NCBI GenBank assembly: GCA_002633005.1
Contig: NMRA01000632.1
Coordinates: 1 to 64,000 of the forward strand
Source: Phoronis australis
Lineage: Eukaryota > Animalia > Phoronida
Reading direction: 5' to 3'
DNA: 64,000 nucleotides
Part shown: positions 53,521-64,000 of the stretch, piece by piece
How the letters are laid out: each line of letters starts with the position of its first letter
Numbering within the stretch: the stretch's first letter is position 1
The notes under the pieces: model-generated
What the model was told of the DNA's origin: nothing
Databases searched by the model: none
Seen by the model: the letters and a program-made list of their open reading frames with translations, nothing else
Position numbers and translations under genes: made by a program

Positions 53521-56500
53521 GTTATGTTGTAATTAGTGTATACCATCTTTTCTTTTATGATTTATCTCACGTGTACCTCAGTATTATCCGGTTTATTCTC
53601 ATTAAACCCTAGTATATACTTTAGCGATTACGACAACATAACTTGTATTTACAACTATATCTCTGTGTTATTCTCCTGCTTAATTTTCATTTTCTTCATG
53701 TTTTTGTTAAATTTAATGTCGTAGAAATAGCTGGCTAATGTTAATGTGAATCAAAGGCAAAAATTACATCATGAAACATAAAAATAACCCTTTATAAGCC
53801 ACTATATAGGAGCACTTGAAACACACTTTCTCGTGCAAAATCAGATGATGACAAGTAATAAAATAAAAGAGAAAGTAGAAAACAGCAAAGGAAATTAAGA
53901 TTTCAATTTTGATCTCAGAACACCACTACATTAATGATTTTTTTTTCTAGAACTTCCACACAAAATATGGAGGTTTCAAGGAGAGTGCTGATCAATTCCT
54001 TGCAAGTACGTTCGTAAACCCAAACATAACTTTATTGCAGAGTCTGAAGCAATATGAAGGATTAAAGTACGCAAGAACAAAAACAAAAAGGTCACTAGAT
54101 TCGGATCTAGAATAATAAGAAGCATGGTCTATGTAATAGTCGATCGGATCCCCAATTTTACCTCTAAACTTGGTAAAACAATTCAATCAGACATCATTGT
54201 GGTTTCGTTGTGCTCCATAAGAGTTGATCTTTCGACCACAAATACTAATATTCATTTGCATCGATTCATTAACCAGGAGCACAAATATCAGAGACATTAT
54301 CAGCTTGGAAATTGGTTTGAGAAGCAGTCACTCAGGTTTCAGTAAAAACGGATGTTATTTCGTGGAAAATAGATATCTTTTCCAAGGTCGTATTTAAGAA
54401 GAATTTAAAATAAAAATGTATGTGTATTTTAGAAAAAACCTATTCCCAAGGAACACAACAATACACACATCTCGACGATAGGTAAATTTCAAACGAGTTT
54501 GGCAGTAAAATGAGTGACCCATCTATCCGTCTAGGCCTACTTCGAGAAACGTAATCCAAGCAAGCAACAACCCAAAGATCAAAATCGACCAATTACTGAA
54601 TACAATATTTGTATAGCATTTGCGTTCTCTCATTTGCAGCACCATAATAACGACCGAGAGCAAACCATACAATATCAGCATCAACTGCGAAAGACCAACA
54701 GAAGACTATGTATTAGCGACATTTCAAAGAGGGACTATATTATAAAAATAAACCTGATAGTAGATGAAGAGAAAGAAGATAATTAAAACAGTGCTCCCCT
54801 GGGCACATGTTTTAAAACACAATTAACAAAAATGCAAGATTTTAGTCAACTTACAGCCAGTCGGGTGACTGGCATGACTTCTTATTTGAGTTGCCTTCGG
54901 GGTTTCTTTTAGTGTTACCACTTTAATTACAGTAAGTCTGCTGGTCACAATTTTTTGAAAAAGGGCACACTTTTTATCATCAGGTGCGCCCGAAGGCCAC
55001 AGCTAGATTCAAACCCGGGGGTCAGGAATATCCCTGAAGCAGTCTTGCGTTCTGAAACCATCCCGAAGTCATCCAGTGATTGATTACGTTAATAGATACA
55101 AGCAAAGCATCAATTCCACATTCCTGTCTGACCCACAACCCTTTATTCTTCCTTCACACTCAACACCAGTATGACCTGTGGTTCCACCATCGACAATTGC
55201 AGTGATTGGTGTGCCCAGTACTCTTGTATTCACAGCCTCAACCTTTTTACCAATAGGCACCATTCAGGTGGACATTGAAATTACATGTTTTATATTCCTA
55301 GTGCATTGTATCTCAGAAATGGCTCACTGGATTCATTCGAATCTTGCTTTCTGGGTTGAATGCTCATACCGAGATTCAGTACTACGGTGAAGTATGTGTT
55401 TCTTCATTGATAAAATGTCCTCTCAAATGTCTTGAGTTAAATAAGGTGTCATTGTGAAATACGACTGTTAGCAGTAGTTGTCCAAAATATTTTCAAAAGA
55501 ACTCCGGAATCGAGAAATTGTGTTAAAACCCTGCAGTATTTTGTTAGTGTTAACTGAGAAACAATCTTTAAAATACAACAATTTGAAGCTGAGTGAATCG
55601 CTTCCAGATTTCTTGAAGCTCACCCATTTCCAAAGTTAAGACTGGGTGGCATTTCCAAGATCTGCAATAATATGTACAATCTGGCCCGTCGTATACTGCA
55701 CGTGAATTAGCGGGCATTGATTGGCAGTGGAGAAAATGTACCTTCCGGCAGGGAAACACCACAGCTGAAATAACCAATTTTTACCAGGCATGTTGCCAAA
55801 CACGCCTAGTGGAACTGAAAATTTCAAATAACCAAAAATTAATTGACTAGGTAACCATATCATTCGTAGACTGCCTTCGTGAATATCAGATTTATAAACA
55901 CTGACATTCGTAACTGTTGTGTATCTTACTTTGTCAAATAAAGTAGAAACTCCATGAACTACGCAGTGAAACGAACAGAATTGAACTGAACACTGAACTG
56001 ATTTATTCTACATATCATAACAATATATATACACACAACTACATAACAACATATGATGCGTTACCTATGACACACTTCCTATACTAGGAATCGCATGACA
56101 TAATACCAATTAAACTACTAAACTCATAAACAATAACAACCTACAAACATCCTGTTATTGTGTGACTAAGTACACAACAGTAACATTTATAGACAATGAC
56201 ACTGTTACACTTTTATAGACATTGACATTCGTAACACGCGTTAGAGTACAGGCTATTGGGGTTGCATCAATTTGTAAATGTGTAATTGGCTCAGTTCCTC
56301 ATTGCACTGCTTACCAAGATGGTATGCCGATTAGGTTTGAGTACCTGTCGAAGATGTATGCATAATTCTGTTTTTCATTTCTGTTCAACCATAGATAATA
56401 GTCTATGTTTCAACTTGGACACAGAGGACAATTCCATTATTTTAAGAAAAATACATTGCAAGTAGGCCTATCATTTTTTTTAATTTTAGCACCAACAGAA

Positions 56501-56739
56501 CAAGTCGCGCTGCTTGCAAAGTGTTCACTGGTGAGTCTATTGAATGTGAACAATTAAAGCGGCATTAAACTTGTGTTTTCTGCCAAATAACATGTTTCCA
56601 ATGCCAGTTACCGTTATAAAAATAGCCTTACCTTACCGTTTCAGTGATCTCTGGTTTCGGCAACAATCGGCTTTTCCGTTCGTCATGTCTTCAGATCATA
56701 AGGGTTTCATATCAATTAATCTGAAAATTTATGAACATG

Positions 56740-56892
56740 GGGTCCGTCCAATACACTGACTTAAACGTTCATTTTGGACCAAGTCTAAAACTTGTCTCAA
56801 CTTCAAAACTTTAACTTAAAAATTCGTTAACTTCGTCAAAATTAAGACAAAACTTGAGTCAAAAACTTTAGATCTGTCTCTTGGAACGGACT
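56740..56892. mobile_element. Short imperfect palindromic element
   Basis: gtccgtccaatacactgacttaaa ... tttagatctgtctcttggaacggac. Confidence 0.45.
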
Positions 56893-56929
56893 TGCTGTTC
56901 GCAATAGTGGCCTAGATCTGCGTGCAAAC

Positions 56930-57490
56930 ACAGTATTATGCTGTCGTTGCTTCCGGCCAGAACATTTATGAGTGCCACAATGCGCAACATTTACCGTCTG
57001 GGCTCATTGCAGGGTTTCGGATATGGACCGGTGATTTTTACCAGTTTAAAAGCGGGCCAAATGATTTTTCTTGAAAGAAGTCATATCAAACGGACGTACG
57101 AGGAAACACGTGACGTAGATCCGTCTATATTATTATTCTATGGAAACAGACTTCCTTCGCTGTGCATGGTATCGATGAAGAACTGCCATTTCTTTGTAAG
57201 ACCAAAAATCATTTCTTATGTGAGAAAGGAAAAGGCTGAGGTAAATTTTATAGCGGCAAGTGGTACAAATCATGCTCCTACGGAACACGAACAAACTTGA
57301 AGCAACATAGCGCCGTAGCGGTCTTCCTTCCTGATATTCGAGACCCTGGCGCACGATACGCATCAGATGAAAGCCATGGAAAGCTCCAATGAAATCACCC
57401 CCGTCCCTCGCTTCAAATGCGCTTGCCTGTTGAAGTTGCATCCGGCGTCTTTGTAGTAGAATTTCTATTTGAGCTGCTCGGTACATTTAG
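56930..57490 (-). mobile_element. Possible decayed Harbinger-like transposase
   Basis: 117-aa ORF at 57133-57486, followed by frameshifted remnants resembling Harbinger motifs (RKIIWP, HIRNP, WP/GSNDSIIL similar to WPGSxHD). Confidence 0.4.
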
Positions 57491-58119
57491 ACGTGGAGTT
57501 TTACTAGCTGTGTTTGAAAAACCTAGCGTCCATATGCCGTTAGTGGGCACTGTTTTTGCATTTTTTACTGTATTTTGACTAAAAATAGCGAAAGCTAGTT
57601 ATGACGCATTCACAGAAAAGTTTTAAAAAATTAACTTACAATAAAAACTAACCTTTTAATTTTTTCATTTTTGTTTCTAATGATTTTTTGTGTAGGCCTA
57701 ACATACGATAACTACGCTCCTGCTATATTGACCAACGTAATTTCTCGTAACAGTACTGAGTGGCTTAACTGAAAACTTGTTTTTGGACAAAAAGCACCGG
57801 GTTTAATGCCTCTTTATGAGGCACTGACCAGTAAAACTGAATCATAAATAACCCACCTGAGGTCAATCGTTTGGATTTTAAAAACCATGTTTCTGGAGTG
57901 TTGTAACATGCCGAAAATATACGAGACTTTTACATCTCTCTCCAAGGCCATGATTGACGGTAACAGGCGTGCGTTCAGTAACGCTAGGACCTAGCTAAAA
58001 TCTAGTTTTAGTCACGTGTTCTCATTCAAAATACACGGAAATGTCTCACGTAATCTCGCGAAGTCTTGCTTTTTAGCGAGATCCTAGCTTTACTGAACGG
58101 GAGGCAGGTCACAACTCTT

Positions 58120-58478
58120 AAGGCCCACTACTCCGAATAAACATGACTACTTTTTTTTCTTTTTTACTCTAGCTTTAAAATTTTTCTCCAAATTCGTGGA
58201 TGGGTTATTAATTTATTACTTAGTATCAAAATGCCCTCACAGAAACTTCAAATTTGGACAATGAAGTCCAGTGACTTAATTGTTTCTGTCCCTCCTACTG
58301 TCTTTGCAGTTGACGACTCTTGTACCGTATCGTCTTTGAAGTTCGTTTGATCAAAAGAAATATATCATATTATTGTTATAAAATGAAACAAATGTATTCG
58401 TAATTGGAGGAGGTGTGGGTTTCTTCGGAGTGCTGTTTTTTTTTTCGAAGTAGTGTTTTTTCCGAAGTAGTGGGACTT
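58120..58478. mobile_element. Degenerate MITE with ~25-bp TIRs
   Basis: aaggcccactactccgaataaaca ... tgttttttccgaagtagtgggactt; the left end is in TTAA context. Confidence 0.55.
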
Positions 58479-59748
58479 CGTAGTAGTACCTAGCTACAAA
58501 GTAGAGCAAAAACTTGAGATTTGCAGTTCAGACTCGAAGCTGGGTTTGTCAAATGCATATTAGAACAATTTTGCCACACGATTAGATACTGGGCCCAAAA
58601 GATTTTCAATACTCTGACGTCCAAGATTTGGCGCTGGTCCGTACTTCACACGGCACCACAGCATGTGGTATACGTGCAAGTTCCGCCAGATAAAATTCGG
58701 TTAATCAGCGTATTTAGCTAAGTATCTACAAAACTACAACTATTTAAACTCAGTAAAAGCATACATTTTTCAAAAACTACAGAGTATGTAGAATTTGATT
58801 TTGGACTAATCTGTCATTAAGTGGGTCACATGACTTGTCCTTTTCAGTAAAATTTAGTAGACCGAAAGAAAGGTACAATGACTGCTTATCAATGGAATCA
58901 ATAACATCATCAAATCTTATTAGACATAAATTTTAAAGTGAGTCTCAAAAAAACTCTGTTACAGTTTTCTAAAATATTTTAATTTCATTTTATGCAACCA
59001 TTTTTCACGAAAACATAAAAAGTCCTATATTGTTTGACAGTTCTTAATGCAAAATCGAAAGATTTTAATGACAGTTCCTAATAGAATTTTGGAGATCAGT
59101 GCGTATAAAGCATAGTATTTGAAAGTTTGATGTGAATCCGATTACCGGTTTCTGAAATATAATGTTCCGAAATTGGCCGGCACATTTGGGGATTTTCTGG
59201 GTTCTAAGAACTCTCGAAAAGCCAACGGATGTAAGTTCAGTGATCTCATAATATTCGATGTTCTTCGCGAAGTAACGCCGGGAAATAGAACGAGATATAA
59301 AGTGTGATGAAAGGGGGCTCTCCTGCGATATCCCAGGCGACCGGCGGTGGCGCTGCGCACTATGACTCCGTTTCCGTCGTCTGCTCCACTGTGCAATGAA
59401 GAAAGTTTACTTCATTTTTTAAAGAAAATGGAACCTGAGTGACGATGAAAAAACAGAAGCTGCTGGTAAAAAGTGAATTTTAATCGAAGTCTTAGTGAAT
59501 CACAAAGAAACTCATAATTCTCTCTTTGTCAAACCTTAACTTAAGACGATTTCCAAAGCAATCCCGTCATTATTGCCAACACGAAAAACGGATTTGGTCT
59601 TTTGGGCATTTTAAATACAACAAATTTGTTAAGAACCGATTGCACAAACTATAAAACGTGTAATAAACATTACAAAAAGAAGTAAGTTTCGCGTGCAAAC
59701 GCTGTGGACCATAAACAAGTAAGTGTCTTAGTATCCAAGTAGCAGTTA

Positions 59749-59818
59749 AGGCGTGGAGGTTTAGTGGTAAAGCATGCGCTCTCTGTTCGCTATGTTGTGA
59801 GTTCGAGTCTCTGATATC
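59749..59818 (+). mobile_element. tRNA-like sequence (SINE head or tRNA pseudogene)
   Basis: A-box-like ggtttagtggtaa and B-box gttcgagtc at tRNA spacing; the acceptor and anticodon stems do not pair well. Confidence 0.4.
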
Positions 59819-59889
59819 ATGCTTGCATTTTTCCTGTTTGCCCCTTTTCTTTTTTTTCTTTTGGCTTTTTTTCTTGGATAATACTTCAG

Positions 59890-60066
59890 GAATCAAGGAA
59901 AATGCTTGATTTTTAGAGGAAAAATTTCCTGGGCGGGAGGGGGCAAACCCCACTCCCGACCTCCCCCCATTCGGTGCTATGCGCATCTACAATCGTGGTT
60001 TGCGCAAATGCTTATAGCCGGACAAAAGGTTGGGACCCCCCTTGCGATATCCTAGATCCGCCACTG
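59890..60066 (-). mobile_element. Terminal fragment of a CAGTGGCGGATC-type MITE
   Basis: Ends cctagatccgccactg, preceded by G/C-run-rich internal sequence; I did not find the partner terminus. Confidence 0.5.
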
Positions 60067-63000
60067 TGTTTATATGTATGTGCGTGTTTTTTGCTGAACT
60101 CCCAGTCACACACAGCTCTGAGCTACCATGCACTGGCAGCTGGCTTCAACCACGCTCAGGGCCACTTCGTGCGTCATGCAGGCCGCCAGAGAACATCCAA
60201 CACGGAATATTCCGAATCGGTTCGGATTCCAACACGGGCTCGTAAATTGTATTCATCACAAATCCTTCCCATATTTACCAACAAAGGCACTATAACTATG
60301 CAGACGAACGGACCTCTTATGCCTTTATTTGTAAATCCCCCTTTTCAAAAGGAGGCAACACGGAAGGGGTTTCCCCATCCCATAATGCATCAGATCGATG
60401 GCCGCTGAAGGGATGTGGCGCATTCATTGAAACCATTCTGAGTGCAATATCTACCAAAGGTTTGATGATAAGCACATACAAGTGATTTCTATTTCGAAAT
60501 AGTGTGTTTGTGCTTTAATTTCTCATGTTAAATGTGTCATCATTCTTTAAAATAAGCACGCTTTCCTTATTGGTGCCAAATGTGAAATACCCAAAATGGC
60601 CTCCCAGCGAATATTTTGTTCGTGAGGCTCCAGTAACATGCGGTTAGGGGTCGCAGAGGGGTTTTCGAAAATGCATGTATTTTGCTCTTGGCGTGCGTGG
60701 TGGCCTGTTAAAATAACAGAAATGGTATAGACCAAAGGGCGTATTTAAATTTCTTCTATTGTAGAGTTGTGAAAATACGGACACATCTGTTCAAATTTGA
60801 TTAGATTTCATTCCACTGTGGCAAATTAATTAGTATCTCATATTTTCCCACCTCACCTACTACCGTTTCTAGCTCTGTGGCTGGCCCTCCGGCGCTAGCT
60901 TTAAATAAAAATGTTATAGGTCAGCAAACACTTGTCGTGTCTTTAAAAGGGCTCGCATTTGTTTCTAAAAAAGACAAAAACGAGTTTTTGACACAAACTG
61001 ACCAAAGTTGTTGTTAATTCTTATGATAATTGATGATAATTTTTGAAACTTCCATGTTTTACCTTTGTCAGAGAGCTAAGAAGATACTAGACATAGTTTC
61101 TGTGCAATTAAATGGTAAAGTATGAACATCTTATAACTTTTCCGGCATTCAGCTCTTTAAAACAAGTAATTTATAGCTCTTTAAACCTTGTCGACCCTCA
61201 CTAAATTTTCAGTGAAGTAAATTTTGCAACTCTTTTTTAACGTTTAGCTGCAAAACATGCAAGTGTGACTACAGTTTACTTAGGAGATTTACCACAACCA
61301 CAGTGAAAGCATACCAACAAATGATCACAATATGAATTGTCTGCCGCAGAGTGAGTATGTGTTTTAGTTGACGGAATTCTGTTTTTTTCTGAGATGCCAA
61401 TGATATTTAGGGACAGAACAGTTAAGGATTAATTGAAATTGCCAAACTGAAAGGGCCTAGCACAACTGTCTTTAAAGTGGCTGTAAATTTGCCTTCCATC
61501 ACAAGAACAATATTTGTCTGACCACTTACCACTGTGATATTGGTAATTGTTCCTAATATCGTGTCAAAGAAGTGTCCACTTGGCTCAAAATCCAACTGCT
61601 GCCTGCTGGTTTGGTAACTGACCCAATTTTGTTGCACACTCAGCAGAATTAATTAGGAACATATTATTGCAACATTAACCAAATGTTTTAGGTTGTAAAA
61701 GTCACATTCCTCGTCCAGCGAGTTTTCAAAATTCAAAATCCTAATCACGAACTATTCAAATATCCATATACAAACTTTCAATTTAAAAATACTATTGTCG
61801 CCTCTAATGTGTTTATGATAGCCTCATTATCTAGAGAACATCAGCAGCCTGAGGTGATTTAATTAACCACAACAGCATGGTGTCTTTGACCTGAACCTGC
61901 AAATTTTGTGGTGCGCAAACCGGTCGAGTTGCCCAATCTCGACCTGTTATGGTGCCAACGTAGCATTCTTTTCATGATAGTGAAAATAGGCATGATTTCT
62001 GGGCTTGGTTGGAACTGACAGTTTATTGTTGGTTACGACTGTGCTCTACAAGTTAATTGACAAATCAGACTGTATCATTTTATTCGCCGGTCACGATCTC
62101 CTTGGCATTATGGCGTTTTCCAGTTGATCCCAATTTGTTCGATTCTATAGCACATCAACAAGTTGGGAAGATGACCCCTGTAGCCAATATCTTACTCGAC
62201 TGATTAACTATATTCTGCCATTTATGGTTGGAGGTCTAGATCTCTTTTGTTCGATAATTGCTCTAATCTCCAATAAGATCCTAGCCTGACTGGGGTGTGC
62301 TGTTAAAAACAAAAGTTCAGTTATAACATATTTGAACATAAACCAATTGCATTTCTGAATTCCGCATCAAATGTTGATCATGTTTAGTCTTTGAATCGCC
62401 AAAATCGCCCAACTACAACCAATAATCTATTCTTTCGAACGTACCAATTCGCTCTGGGTTTGACTGTGTTCACACCTAGTCTGTAATAAGCCTGGTAGAT
62501 AATTGGCCAGCCTATTGTCATACCAGACAAAAGACTGTGTTTGGCAGTTAACAAAGGAGCTAGATGTTATCACAGGCTCACAACTCTCTACGTCTGGTAA
62601 AGTCACTGAACGGGAGAGCGCTGTAATGGAATAATCGGAACTATCAGTTCTTTGCAAGACCAAAATATTTTCTCACGTAGTGAGTGAGGAAAAAGTTGTC
62701 ACCAATTTTCTATTGGCAAGTGGTGCAAATCAAAATTTAGTTTCTTTGATGAAACGCAGGCTATGCCACTTTAATGTAAATGTTTTGTAAAATCCCAGGA
62801 ACGTCATACAAAGTGCTCTCAGAGAAAGCTTCCTTACTCTGGGTCTTTTCCTAGTGAAAAGTGTGTTACACATAGAAGGGTCACATGCAAATGGGCTGCC
62901 ACTACAAAATTATGGATTAGATTTGCAGAATTTATATTGTGATGTCGAAATTACGTAGTGCCCACTCAGTTGCATCTAATGTTTACATTGATTTCTGTTT

Positions 63001-64000
63001 ATTTCTAGGCTCTGTAATGATGAATAACAGTTTGGAGACTTTTGACATATTGTTGTGTAAGTATTTATTAACTCTAAAGGTACTGAATTGAAGTTGGGAT
63101 TTTCAGTATTTTGTTCATATCAATTAGCTATTTGCAATTTATAAAGCACCGGGGGATGAACATCATTGTCATCAAATCACCATCTTTTTGGCCAGCCCAG
63201 GGTTTCTATTTCTTATAATTGGTAGGGAGTACTTCCACACATTCAAAATATAGACCAATACCTGAGCAGCTAAATCTGTTGCCAAATGAGTAAAAACTCT
63301 TTCGTAGATACCACCACTATCATTACCATGAAAGTTTTAAAAAGATGTTTTATCTAGAGAACGATAACACCAGCAACCTAAGGGATGTAATGAGTTCTCA
63401 ATTAACTACAACAGCATGGTGTCTTTGATCAATGCAAGCAGATTTTGAGGTACAAACAATTCGAGTTGCTCAACTTCGATTGGTGAGGGCGTCAACATAG
63501 GGTTCTTTTCATAAGACTGGCTCAAATGTGATTCAGCACACCAGTAACTGCCAAGCAGCATCTCATGGAAATCGACAATATTTCATGAATCCGATTAAAA
63601 TAATAGCAAAGATCCATTTTAATTGATATTGAAAGCTTTGAAACTTTTGGTAAAAACTTAGTAACAGAACGGACCATTATAACCAAAGTTGTGAAACTGC
63701 TAATTGACTGTGTAGATTGAAATAAATTACTACAAGGCTGTTGTCTAATTGGGAGTCAAATGGAAGTTTGGTCTTAAAAAATGTCAGCCAAAAAAATTTG
63801 ACCAAGAGATATTGTGGCTACATAAAGCTTGTTTGCAAATCAAAATTCGTACTGAAAATTTTCAAGCTGGCCATTGTATCTTTCTACATTTTGTATAATG
63901 CTCTTTCCTAAAAGTCGAGTTGCTATAAGTGCAAATCATTGCAACAGTTGTTCAGAAACCCTCGGCCCAGGAAACTCCTTTGAAAATTTGACTATCAGCT

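Noticed and set aside
59749-59818. Functional tRNA gene
   Set aside because: A and B boxes are present but the cloverleaf stems do not pair; treated as a SINE head or pseudogene.
1-64000. Prokaryotic defence, CRISPR or phage system
   Set aside because: All recognisable genes are spliced metazoan genes; there are no long intronless ORFs or bacterial operon structure.

Overview
Intron-rich, AT-rich genomic DNA from an animal, most likely a marine invertebrate (the species cannot be determined from the sequence). It comes from a draft scaffold with one ~400-N gap and two single-N joins. I reconstructed four protein-coding genes by hand from GT-AG splice sites with consistent phases. (1) The 5' ~three quarters of nucleoporin NUP155 (minus strand, 23 coding exons, runs off the window at base 1). 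(2) Head-to-head with it, a complete 9-exon D-aspartate/D-amino-acid oxidase (plus strand, 334 aa, ending in the peroxisomal signal AKL). (3) A 3-exon twin-CX9C protein, CHCHD7/COX23 (minus strand, 105 aa). (4) A 2-exon PEX39/C6orf226 homolog (minus strand, 179 aa, ending KPWEK). The most interesting observation is that the PEX39 ATG lies only 91 nt after the CHCHD7 stop codon on the same strand. The spacer has no ATG and no AATAAA, which points to a bicistronic, operon-like or shared-promoter mitochondrial plus peroxisomal transcription unit. Two apparent tandem duplications (a NUP155 exon and oxidase exon 1) are each joined by a single N and are probably uncollapsed haplotypes. Introns and intergenic DNA hold Harbinger-type MITEs, Helentron-associated-like elements, a THAP relic, a CR1/L2-like LINE relic and many minisatellites. 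One minisatellite is an amplified copy of an exon end plus its 5' splice site.
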